From assembly GCA_039208735.1 (NCBI GenBank), contig JBCCQY010000109.1, positions 1 to 30,379 on the forward strand: a DNA stretch of 30,379 nt. The letters are read 5' to 3'. The notes beneath the pieces were generated by a model that was not told where the DNA came from, ran no database searches, and saw only the letters and a list, made by a program, of their open reading frames with translations. The DNA is from Myxococcota bacterium (lineage in GTDB: Bacteria; Myxococcota_A; UBA796; GCA-2862545). Both the position numbers and the translations under genes were made by a program. Shown here in pieces: positions 16,949 through 25,487 of the stretch. How positions within the stretch are numbered: position 1 is the stretch's first letter; each line of letters begins with the position of its first letter.

Positions 16949-17881
16949 ATGGACCCTTCGACTGCTCTGATCCCCTCCGCACTCGGGCCCTACGCTCCCC
17001 TCGAGACGGTGTTGGACGAAGCCCGTGCCGCAGGAACGGCCGAGGTCTACGGCCAGTCCGTCGAAGGGCGTCCGTTGCTTGCCGTGAGGGTCGGAGACGG
17101 GCCCGTGCCCTTGCTCCTCACGGCGGGCATCCACGGGCTTGAGTACATCGGGGTGCGGACGCTCCTCGAAGTCCTACGGTCGGGGCCCATTCCCCAAGCC
17201 ACGCTATGGGTGCTGCCCGTCCTCAACCCCGACGCGTACGTGCGCACCTGGACGCAAGAAGGCGACGCGCCGGTGGGCGCCCTTCGCAAGAACGCACGGG
17301 GTGTCGATCTCAACCGCAACTTCCCCCTCCCCTTTTCCGCTCGCCCGGCGCGACTGGGCATTGCGGGGAGTCCCGACCCTGCATCGGCCACCTACCGAGG
17401 TCCAGCCCCCCTTTCGGAGCCCGAAACCCGTACCCTTGCCGCATTCGCCCGTCGGGTGCGGCCGCGAGGCGCGGTCGACCTACACGCATTCATGGGCTCC
17501 CTCATTCCCGCTCGCGTGTGGCGCGCCGATGACTGGTTTGGCTACACCAAGCTGTGCCGCGCCTTCCGTCAGGGGCAAGCAGGGGTCGCTGGCTATGTCC
17601 GGTTGTCCACGCCCATCTTCGATGTCTTCACCGGTGAACTCGAAGACTGGCTCCATCATGTGCTGGGGTGCTGGGCCGTGTGCGTCGAATGCTTTCGCGT
17701 GGACGAGACCCTACGGCAGCATTGGCGGGCACCGACCTCGTTCTGGCGGTTCAACCCGCGGGAGCCGGATTCCATCGTGGCTCGCGATGCGGCTGGCGTA
17801 CGCGCCATGCTCGAGGCGATGACGCGCGCCCCTTTGCTGCAGGTGCGACCCGAGGCCGGGCACACGCGGGATGTCTGGTAA
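16949..17881 (+). CDS. M14-family zinc carboxypeptidase
   Basis: GIHGLE (HxxE), PVLNPD, RKNARGVDLNRNF, LSEPET and VDLH motifs. Confidence 0.88.
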   Translation: MDPSTALIPSALGPYAPLETVLDEARAAGTAEVYGQSVEGRPLLAVRVGDGPVPLLLTAGIHGLEYIGVRTLLEVLRSGPIPQATLWVLPVLNPDAYVRTWTQEGDAPVGALRKNARGVDLNRNFPLPFSARPARLGIAGSPDPASATYRGPAPLSEPETRTLAAFARRVRPRGAVDLHAFMGSLIPARVWRADDWFGYTKLCRAFRQGQAGVAGYVRLSTPIFDVFTGELEDWLHHVLGCWAVCVECFRVDETLRQHWRAPTSFWRFNPREPDSIVARDAAGVRAMLEAMTRAPLLQVRPEAGHTRDVW

Positions 17882-17897
17882 AGGGTAGGATGCGCCC

Positions 17898-18653
17898 ATG
17901 ACCAGCCCTGAACGCATCACGATCGACATCCCTGACTCCCGATCCCGCGAAGCGGTGCTCCATCGTCCGCCTCCGGACCGCGCGACGGGCCGCGCGGTGG
18001 TCATCATCCACGATGCAACCGGCTTTCGGCGCGACACCGAGCGCCACTGCGAACGATTTGCGGCCGAAGGCTACGTCGCGCTGGCGCCGGATCTCTACGC
18101 GGGCCTCAATCCCGGGTGCATCGTTCGGGTGATTCAGTCCATGCGCACCCACGACGGCGAAGCGTACGCGGTCATCGATGCCGCACGCAGGGCCTTGGCG
18201 TCCGACGCCGACGTCGACGAAGCGCGAATCGGCGTCATCGGCTTTTGCATGGGGGGTGGGTTCGCGCTCTGTTCTGCGGCGGATCAACCCTTCGCAGTGG
18301 CCGCGCCGTTCTACGGCCATGTGCCGAAGGACCGCCACCGCCTGAAGGGACTTTGCCCAGTGCTCGCTCAGTACGGCGCCAAGGACATGATGTTCGCGCC
18401 CCACGCCCAACGCCTGGCGGGCCACCTCGCTGCGCTCGACGTTGACCATGAAGTGGTGATGCACGATGGCGTCGGGCACTCGTTTATGAACGCGCACACG
18501 GACTTGTACTCGACCGTCGGACGCTACTTTCCACCGTTGTACGGGGGTTACCACGAGCCGACAGAGGCCGATGCTTGGCAACGGGTGCTTGCCTTCTTCA
18601 ACAAGCATCTTGGCAGTTCGAGCCTGGGTTCTGGGCGTTCCGAAGGCTCGTGA
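17898..18653 (+). CDS. Dienelactone hydrolase family protein; its 3' end is inferred to be element-supplied
   Basis: VVIIHD, GYVALAPDLY, nucleophile GFCMGG, HSFMN and AWQRVLAFF motifs. Confidence 0.92.
   Translation: MTSPERITIDIPDSRSREAVLHRPPPDRATGRAVVIIHDATGFRRDTERHCERFAAEGYVALAPDLYAGLNPGCIVRVIQSMRTHDGEAYAVIDAARRALASDADVDEARIGVIGFCMGGGFALCSAADQPFAVAAPFYGHVPKDRHRLKGLCPVLAQYGAKDMMFAPHAQRLAGHLAALDVDHEVVMHDGVGHSFMNAHTDLYSTVGRYFPPLYGGYHEPTEADAWQRVLAFFNKHLGSSSLGSGRSEGS
18509..18614 (+). repeat. Left copy of 106-bp direct repeat (attL-like)
   Basis: Matches 23721-23826 ungapped with 9 mismatches. A perfect 25-bp block CGGACGCTACTTTCCACCGTTGTAC spans 18518-18542. Confidence 0.95.
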
Positions 18654-18812
18654 GAACGAATCGGGATTGATGGCGTTGTGTCCGTAGTGTGTCCAAATTT
18701 TCGACTACTCAGCTTCTGATTAGATATCTTAAAGGTTCGATTTCAAGAATCACCACGGTGAGAACGGGAGGAGCCGGCCAACAAGGCCGGCCCCTATCAA
18801 AGGGTGAGATCC

Positions 18813-19091
18813 CTATTCGTGGTTCGAAGAGCTTCGGTGCATGCGATAAGTCACGTCACGCCGGATTCGATCAGGCGGCTCGGTGGGTGGCTTCGGGAAG
18901 CGCCCGGTGCCGATGGTCTTGCCGAGTTGGTTTCCACCACGCCAGAGTACAAACGGGTCCGGTGCGGACAGAAACCGGATTTGCTCGGAGGACAGTCGAA
19001 GGTAGTCGAGCGTGCGGAATGTGAACGCGTCGGTCAACGACCTTAGGGTTTGGAGCTTGACACCCGAACTTACGGAGTTTGCGGTACCCAT
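18813..19091 (-). pseudogene. Truncated phage terminase large subunit (ATPase N-terminus)
   Basis: LSSEQIRFL...FVLWRGGNQLGKT has a Q motif plus the GNQLGKT Walker A typical of P22-like terminases. Similarity ends right after the Walker A. Confidence 0.6.
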
Positions 19092-19315
19092 GTGGACTCC
19101 TCGGGGTCGTAGATGGCGCGGTGGCCACAGGTTGGGGACTCGAACGCAATCTGTCCCTGATGACGCGTGGAGTAGACGCCGATGGCGGCCTCAAAAGCCT
19201 CGTCCCCGAACCCACAACAGTATGGATTCAGGCAGGCCTACACAAATGCTGACAGCGCCAAGCGTCGTAACTGCCGTGGCACAAACTCATATAGGCCTTG
19301 GCCATCGACGAGACC

Positions 19316-19362
19316 TGTCAGTTGCCCGCCCTGACCGCGGTCAGTTTGCCCGCCCCTTGACA
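19316..19362 (-). mobile_element. Orphan IS21-like terminus
   Basis: The minus strand begins TGTCAAG and has two tandem GGGCGGGCAA(A)CTGAC units about 22 bp apart. No istA/istB follows. Confidence 0.5.
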
Positions 19363-19423
19363 CCACTAAGGTTGTCTATCGAAGAGCCCTTCGTAAACTC
19401 AAGTACAAAGTAGCAGACCGAGG

Positions 19424-19726
19424 CTACTTTGATTGCGCTTGAGGAATGCCTTTTGCTCTCTCTGCCCTTTCGGTAGCATCTCGTAGCGCGTCACGAACGG
19501 CAAGAACAGGCGATGTCTGTAGATGCCTCTTGACGGCACCATCTTCACCGGGCAGCCCGACAACCTGATAAAGGCAATACCAATCTCCCAGGTTGTCGTT
19601 CGGGATTGGCATTGGCAAACCAATGGTGATTCTGAGGGGCTGCTTGGTATCTTCTGTAATCCACTCTTCTGCCAGGAGAATTGTGGTGATTTTGCTGGGC
19701 AGGCTTGGAACATCGGTGTCGCTCAA
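19424..19726 (-). CDS. Small DUF6968-like protein, possible orphan immunity protein
   Basis: AGGAGG precedes TTG 19726. The protein has the pattern LRITIGLP...DWYCLYQVVG...SPVLAVRDAL; 100 aa. Confidence 0.5.
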   Translation of the reverse strand: MSDTDVPSLPSKITTILLAEEWITEDTKQPLRITIGLPMPIPNDNLGDWYCLYQVVGLPGEDGAVKRHLQTSPVLAVRDALRDATERAERAKGIPQAQSK

Positions 19727-19894
19727 CGGATCCTCCTGGCTGATTACTAATCGGGACGGCGTAGACGTTGCGCTCGTTGCTGTGCCCGAGCGATCTGCAT
19801 AGGCACCCGCCTGGTGGCGTGGAAAATGCCTATGCGCGACAATCAAGAGAATACCGTTGCTTTCCAGCTTTAGCCTCGAGTTCATGCGCGATAG

Positions 19895-20060
19895 TGGAGG
19901 AGGAATCTGAGGTCACCTCGCTGCCGAGGGCTCAATCGTAGGCCGGCCAGTTCATTACGCGGTACCTTCCCTTGTACCTGGGATGTACCTTCGACCGGGT
20001 CGAGCCCATTCCTACCTTGCTCCGCCGAAGCCTACCTCATGTTCAGGGTGCGCTACACCA
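19895..20060 (-). pseudogene. 5' remnant of an IS903-like element
   Basis: MGSTRSKVHPRYKGRYRVMNWPAYD* from ATG 20009, then frameshifted RQRGDL, matches the N-termini of both intact transposases. The upstream GGTAGGAaTGGGCTCGAC matches 4168-4185. Confidence 0.85.
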
Positions 20061-20647
20061 ACAAGCCCCTCCGAACCCCACCATTCTGTAAACTGGACCC
20101 AACGTCGGCCCCAAGGCGATTCGCAAGTGCTTCCCTGCTGTTCCAGCAGAGCAATCAGCCTGTCTGCAATACCGAACAGATCGGCGTTGGTCGATTTGTC
20201 GCTTAGTCTCCACTCTTGCCCCAAGCGGTCACCCTCCATGGCCGGCCAACAGTCTATCCGCAATTCACCAAGCCGAAACTTTCTTCCTCCAACATTGGGT
20301 TCTCGGCTCAAACGCACGGCTTCCTCAATCCGTTCTATCGCGTGCTTGACCGCCGGTGGGCTACCCCACGTCCCGTTCTCGATCAGAGAGCCACAGCGCG
20401 GGCAAAGTAGAGGAGGACGTAACACGATGATTCCGCCGTCTGCCAGTCCTGGATTCGTAAACTCCAATCCGTCGCGAGAGAGCCTCATGGCCACTTCAGA
20501 TCGAGAGCCGGAGAGCCCATCGATTCGCTGGACACCAAGCCTTCTTGAACTTTGGTCGGCGAATGGCAGGACATGGTCAGCAAGTTCCATACCCTGACTT
20601 TCCAGCTGGCACGTTGGGCACCGTATATGAAAGTAGAACCCTGACAT
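20012..20647 (-). CDS. Hypothetical protein with split zinc ribbon, candidate immunity protein
   Basis: The ATG overlaps the upstream stop (TGATG at 20649-20645). It carries CPTC and CPRCG motifs. Confidence 0.65.
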   Translation of the reverse strand: MSGFYFHIRCPTCQLESQGMELADHVLPFADQSSRRLGVQRIDGLSGSRSEVAMRLSRDGLEFTNPGLADGGIIVLRPPLLCPRCGSLIENGTWGSPPAVKHAIERIEEAVRLSREPNVGGRKFRLGELRIDCWPAMEGDRLGQEWRLSDKSTNADLFGIADRLIALLEQQGSTCESPWGRRWVQFTEWWGSEGLVGVAHPEHEVGFGGAR

Positions 20648-22743
20648 CAGTAGATTCCCGCGAAATTCGAAACCAAGATCTCGTCCAGGGGCATGGTTCC
20701 CTTCAGTATCTCCCGATAAAAGTCGTGCACTTCGCTTAGTTCCTCGGCAAGATAACCTAGGCCATAGCGATTCTCCGCGATATTCTGCATCAGTCGCGAA
20801 AATACGCGACGGTGCCACCACTTATTCACCCATTCTGAACCAGCATCTGTAAGATTGCCGTCTACAAGGGGTCGAGCGGTTTTACTACCATTGTAGCCAA
20901 TGGCTTCGTGCCAGAAGTCTTCAAGCATTTCGTCGGTGACGTTCCCACCATTCTGCTGGGCAAGGTCTAACTCAATGCGAGGGGCAACCTCTCTCAGCTC
21001 CTGTATTCCGCGCTGCGCGACCTCCTGGGCGCGAGCACCCAGGAGATAGTCTAAAGCGTGCTGGATTTCTTCCGCAGGGGTTAGTCGATTGAGTGACCGT
21101 GATCTTGTGAATACAATCTCAAGGCCTTTTTCATCAAAGCGCGTATTTCCTCCCGTCTCTCGGTTCCATTTGATACCTCTGAACTCTTTACCTGCGGCCT
21201 CGTAGGCAGGTTCAAGATGCTCCGCGATCATGTCGTCGATCGCAAAGAGCATTCTCGTCTGATACTTCTCGATGGTTTCCCCGGTATTTCTTTCCAGGAA
21301 ATCGCGGCTCTGGACCCCAGGGTGGTTGCCTGACAACCAGTTGCTCGCCGTTAGCAGCTCGTCAAGATTCAGGGATTCAGCCAGCTCGCGAAACTCATTA
21401 GTAAACTGATCTCTTAGATTTGGAGGGATCCGTTCGAGATGTTCGCGGAATGCAAACTGAAACTTGCGTAGGTCGCTGGCTAGAAGTAGCCGCAACTCAT
21501 CAGTCGCGGAGAGAGCTTTCGAGACAGATCGACCCTCGAGGACGCCAGTCATGCCACCAGCAGCAAACCCGAGAGCACCTCCAATTAGGAACCCTGCAGA
21601 AACGGCCTGTTGGATTTCCTGCCACGAGCGACCCTCAATCGTAGCTTTGAGACCGCCATCGATCGCGCCCAGCACCGCTCCAGTCGCACCACCCGCAGCG
21701 GCGCGGACGAGACCGAGACGCAATACTTGCACCAACAGTGAACGACTAGCTTCCGAGAGCATGTTCCCGACGACAGCCTTCGCACCGGACGTCAGGACGT
21801 TCTCCATTCCGAGTCCGATGTAGGCGAGTACACCGTCGACGAATCCCTTCTGGAAACCGACCCAGCCCTCTTCACCGACCCGTTGCCAGTCGACCCGGTC
21901 CACGAGTTCGCCGATTGTGATCCCGTGGGTCGTCATTTGGTTGACGACCTCGATGGCACCATAGGCAGAACTCTCCATGGCTCCGCCCATGACGCCCATC
22001 GTCAAACCTGTCCCAAGCGTCGCCCCAGCCAGTTCGGCACTAGCCAGGCCCGTGGCAGTCAATCCGAGTCCAAGGTTGGTGTTCGCGGCCGCCACGGCAG
22101 ACGCGCTTACGGCCGAGGCGCCCGAGAACACAACCGGGGCGGCGACAATGACCGCCATCGAAACCGCGAGTGCCAAAGATACGTCGCGAGCCACCGAATA
22201 GGTGACGTGAGCCGTGCCGGTGAAGTCCTGCATGTAGTGCAGAAACGCATCCGAGGTCTCCATTGCATCGGCAAGGGCTGCCTCAAAGGCCGCGATGGCG
22301 TCGTGGCTCGACGCCCCGAGTTCCTGGAGGGTGTCGGGCCCGATTCCGATGCCGAGAACCTGCTGCAACTGGCCATCGGTATTTGTATAGGTGGCAAGTA
22401 CAACATCCCACCGGCTTGGGTCCGGCCGAGGGGTCGCATTGAAGAGTTCGACAAACTGGTGAAGCGGCCCGAGCCCCTCGGCCCAAGCTTGCTCTCGTTC
22501 CTTGAACCACTCTGCTCGTTGGACGAACGAAGGCAGGGCCGCTCGGTGGGTCTGGACCCGGTCGAGCAGGAAGTTGCCCACCACCCCCACCGGCTGGCCG
22601 TCGAGTAGGGGCTCATCCGACTGCAGGACGTGCTGGATGAAATCGTTGCCGTAGAGGTCCTGTGCGTTCGGTGTAAATGTGGGAGACGCACCGGTTTCTG
22701 GTGGATGAGCTTGTTGCTCATCCCCTTGCAGTTCCTTCGCCAT
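20647..22743 (-). CDS. Polymorphic toxin-like protein (698 aa)
   Basis: N-terminal QDLYGNDFIQHVL motif, a long Gly/Ala-rich hydrophobic core, and a hydrophilic lower-GC C-terminal domain containing EEIQH. The ORF is solid; the function is inferred. Confidence 0.65.
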   Translation of the reverse strand: MAKELQGDEQQAHPPETGASPTFTPNAQDLYGNDFIQHVLQSDEPLLDGQPVGVVGNFLLDRVQTHRAALPSFVQRAEWFKEREQAWAEGLGPLHQFVELFNATPRPDPSRWDVVLATYTNTDGQLQQVLGIGIGPDTLQELGASSHDAIAAFEAALADAMETSDAFLHYMQDFTGTAHVTYSVARDVSLALAVSMAVIVAAPVVFSGASAVSASAVAAANTNLGLGLTATGLASAELAGATLGTGLTMGVMGGAMESSAYGAIEVVNQMTTHGITIGELVDRVDWQRVGEEGWVGFQKGFVDGVLAYIGLGMENVLTSGAKAVVGNMLSEASRSLLVQVLRLGLVRAAAGGATGAVLGAIDGGLKATIEGRSWQEIQQAVSAGFLIGGALGFAAGGMTGVLEGRSVSKALSATDELRLLLASDLRKFQFAFREHLERIPPNLRDQFTNEFRELAESLNLDELLTASNWLSGNHPGVQSRDFLERNTGETIEKYQTRMLFAIDDMIAEHLEPAYEAAGKEFRGIKWNRETGGNTRFDEKGLEIVFTRSRSLNRLTPAEEIQHALDYLLGARAQEVAQRGIQELREVAPRIELDLAQQNGGNVTDEMLEDFWHEAIGYNGSKTARPLVDGNLTDAGSEWVNKWWHRRVFSRLMQNIAENRYGLGYLAEELSEVHDFYREILKGTMPLDEILVSNFAGIY

Positions 22744-22937
22744 CGATCCCTAGCCACGCGGAATGCTGGGTTCGGCTCCTGAATAGTGGTGATGAAAAGT
22801 TGGTGACGGAAATCTGGAGGGGGAAGTCAAATTCCTATGCTTCACCCATCACTTTGGTCCATGCTGGTTCGCTTCGCGGATCTCCTCCACTGCACGAACG
22901 CGGATGAAGGCAATCTGCATAGGCACCCGCGTGGGGG

Positions 22938-23247
22938 TGTCCGTTTCGCTGTCCACCTAAACTTGGACAGGCTTGGCCGAGGTTCAAAGCGCCCAATCGT
23001 GGCATCTGGCCAACGGGTCCACCCTGTGTCCACCCCCTGTCCAGGCCGCTCACCCCGCTGAACACTGCCATGTCCAGCTTGTCCAGGTCTGGACATCGAA
23101 CCAAAAACATAGGTTTAAATTCGCCAAGGGCTGTCCAGGCAACCTGGACACAGGGTCGACCAAGGTGGACAGCCCCAACGGGCGCTCTTCCGAAGCAGAC
23201 CTCAAACGCAACATACAAGCAAATCGGCGCACCTGACCTGCTGTCCA
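22938..23247. repeat. TGTCCA iteron-like array (ori-like)
   Basis: TGTCCA at 22950, 23027, 23038, 23071, 23080, 23132 and 23242; TGGACA at 22964, 23090, 23145 and 23166; AT-rich core at 23103-23121. Confidence 0.7.
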
Positions 23248-23339
23248 GATACGCCGATTGTGAGTTCAGAGACTAAGAACGCCGCGAAGCGGGTGCCTAG
23301 TCGGCGAGGTCCGCCTCAAACAGCGCTTCGCTCACCGGG

Positions 23340-23455
23340 TAAATGCGCACGCGGCCGTCTCGAAACGAGGGGTGCAGTCGCTTCTCGCATCCCGAGAGGT
23401 ACTTCAGCGCGTTGCTCATCTTCGAGTGGGTCGGCACCCGCTCGTCACTGCCAAG
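23340..23455 (-). pseudogene. IS66-family transposase (TnpC) fragment
   Basis: VPTHSKMSNALKYLSGCEKRLHPSFRDGRVRI resembles the PkS-x-x-x-Al-x-Y...L...DGr-x-x-i segment of IS66 TnpC. Confidence 0.55.
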
Positions 23456-23720
23456 CAATGCGCGCCAATGCCGCTTCAGGGCCATCGAAACGGTGGGGTC
23501 TGGTCCATGTCGCTCTCGTGTAGCCATCGTTGCCATGCGGACAGGCGACGAGGTGTGGACGCCCAAGCCCCAGTCGGTCAGACGGGTCAGACTGGTTCGA
23601 TCCATCAGGCCGCAATGGCGGATTCGGCGGAGTCCCGCCTGGAGGCAACGCCCGGGGTGAGGCTCGTCCCGCCTCGAGCGATCGCCGCACCACTTCGCGA
23701 GGTGTCTCGGCGGCCTCGGC

Positions 23721-23859
23721 CTCGACCGCCGGACGCTACTTTCCACCGTTGTACACGGATTACCACGAGCCAACGGAAGCCGATGCTTGGCAACGGGTGC
23801 TCGCCTTCTTCGACAAGCATCTTGGCCCGTCGACGGCCGACGTCGCGGCCTCACCTTAG
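23721..23859 (+). repeat. Right repeat copy (attR-like): displaced original 3' end of the hydrolase gene
   Basis: Encodes STAGRYFPPLYTDYHEPTEADAWQRVLAFFDKHLGPSTADVAASP*. Its TAG (23857-23859) overlaps the kinase stop codon. Confidence 0.92.
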
Positions 23860-25451
23860 CGGCAAACCCCGCGTTCCCCGACGAGGTGCTCACCCGGTCC
23901 CTGGGCCCAGCCCACACTGATCGCGACCGACCCCACCTCGGATCCCGTGGATGCACGCCAGGCATCACAGGCATCGAGCCAATCGATGCGCAGCTGACGC
24001 ATGTCATCGAGCGAGGGACGGGTTTTGCTCTCTGCGATCTGGTTCCAACCCGTGTGCACGGCGTCGTAGAACAGCTCCGCCGCAGAAATCTTGCTGTAGG
24101 ACTCAGCAGAGGCGAGCGCGTCGCGGGCATTCTCGAGCCGACCCGCCACGGCACCGGCCGCGATCATGTCGTCGACGAGGTTGGGATCTGCCTCGAGCGA
24201 GGCAATGTAGGCGGCTTCGGCCTCGTGGTAGGCCCGTGCGGCGCCATCGACCTGCTGCGCGCCAGTCCCTGCGGCCACCGCGGTCCCGAGCAACACGCAC
24301 CCCACGACCACCGAACCCGCAATCACGGCTGCAATTGGCGCAAACGCAACGTCATTTTCACCCGGGTCGATGTCTTCGGCGGGCTCGTCTTGGGCCGCAG
24401 GCTGGCTCGCGCCCCCCGACAAGCTGCTGACCGCCGGCTGCATGGAGCCGAACGTGGCCTCATCGATGGGCACGCCATGGCCCGTACTGACCTGATCGAG
24501 CCAGATGTCCGCGAGTTCGCGCGCTTCATCACCATCGACCGTCGTGGGTGGAATCGAGGGGACATCGGGAAGCGGCATGACGATGGATGGCGCGCTGGCG
24601 GGAACCGAAGGCAACGACCAAAGCACCGCCGATAGCGCCTCTTCCATAGCCTCCATCGACGCATAGCGCTCGTCAGGCACCCGGTGGCAGGCTTTCAGCA
24701 ACACCTCGCGAAGCACCTCAGGAACGGGCTCGAGCTTCGGATGGTTCGCTGGCCACATGCAAAGGTCGACGGCAGCCTTCCGCGTACACAGGGTGTAAAG
24801 GGTGGCCCCTACCGAGTAGATGTCGGCTCGCTCGTCGACCTTGCTCGCATCTTGCCGTTGCTCGGGCGACATGAACGCATCGGTGCCCATGCTGGCCCCC
24901 TCTGCCGTCTTGTCGTAGTCGACCGCAAATCCCGCATCTTCAGGTGCGATTTTCGCAATGCCGTAGTCGGTGAGCTTGCAGGCCCCCTGCAGCGTGACCA
25001 ACACGTTGTGCGGCTTTACATCGCGGTGAATGATGCGTTTGGAGTGGGTCGCCGCGAGTGCCTTGCACACATCGATCAGAACCTTGACCGCCATGAACGG
25101 CGGCATGGGGCCGTGAACCCGAAGCCAGTCGAGGACACATCCCCCCTCGATGTACTCCATGACCATGAAGGGCTGAGATTGGTCGACGACGTCGAGAACT
25201 CGCACCACATGGGGGTCATCGAGCCGAGCCATCGTCCGCGCCTCGCGTAGGAAACGCATGCGCAGCTCGTTTTGCTCGATGTGACGACGGTGAAGGACCT
25301 TGGCCGCACGCCACTGTTCGAGGTTCTGATCGAACACCAGGTAGACGCCCGCGGCCCCACCCTTGCCGATGCGGCGGATGACGGCGTAGCGGTCGCCGAG
25401 AACCGGAACGCGGCGAGGGCCCGTCGGGGGTGTGGTGATGGAGGTGGGCAT
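23856..25451 (-). CDS. Hanks-type Ser/Thr protein kinase with TM segment
   Basis: IGKGGAAGV, AAK, HRDVKPHN, DYG, GTDAFMSPEQ and ADIYSVG motifs; a hydrophobic helix in the C-terminal third. Confidence 0.95.
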   Translation of the reverse strand: MPTSITTPPTGPRRVPVLGDRYAVIRRIGKGGAAGVYLVFDQNLEQWRAAKVLHRRHIEQNELRMRFLREARTMARLDDPHVVRVLDVVDQSQPFMVMEYIEGGCVLDWLRVHGPMPPFMAVKVLIDVCKALAATHSKRIIHRDVKPHNVLVTLQGACKLTDYGIAKIAPEDAGFAVDYDKTAEGASMGTDAFMSPEQRQDASKVDERADIYSVGATLYTLCTRKAAVDLCMWPANHPKLEPVPEVLREVLLKACHRVPDERYASMEAMEEALSAVLWSLPSVPASAPSIVMPLPDVPSIPPTTVDGDEARELADIWLDQVSTGHGVPIDEATFGSMQPAVSSLSGGASQPAAQDEPAEDIDPGENDVAFAPIAAVIAGSVVVGCVLLGTAVAAGTGAQQVDGAARAYHEAEAAYIASLEADPNLVDDMIAAGAVAGRLENARDALASAESYSKISAAELFYDAVHTGWNQIAESKTRPSLDDMRQLRIDWLDACDAWRASTGSEVGSVAISVGWAQGPGEHLVGERGVCR

Positions 25452-25487
25452 AGCCCCACCCCTTTAACGCCGCCCGGCGGAGGAAGG

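Larger units (their letters stand above)
18615..23720. mobile_element. Decayed integrative element (prophage/satellite relic) inserted in the dienelactone hydrolase gene
   Basis: It is bounded by the 106-bp repeat and has visibly lower GC. It contains a terminase fragment, an iteron-like array, IS debris and toxin-like cargo. No integrase is seen. Confidence 0.82.

Noticed and set aside
19122..19150. tRNA-like 3' end (GTTCGAGTCCCCAACCTGTGGCCA, minus strand)
   Set aside because: The spacing fits, but the T-stem pairs at only 3 of 5 positions and there is no rest of a tRNA; probably chance.
19793..19835. Integron attC site
   Set aside because: A hairpin with bulges is present, but the RYYYAAC/GTTRRRY core sites and an integron integrase are absent.
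22835..23218. 127-aa ORF as a real gene
   Set aside because: Its sequence is dominated by translation of the TGTCCA repeats (CP, LD, WT, VQ), with no recognisable domain.
22938..23247. CRISPR array
   Set aside because: The repeats are only 6 bp, irregularly spaced and in both orientations, and there are no cas genes.
24955..24970. DYG instead of DFG suggesting a pseudokinase
   Set aside because: The catalytic Lys, HRDxKxxN and the Mg-binding Asp are all intact, and Phe to Tyr is a conservative change.
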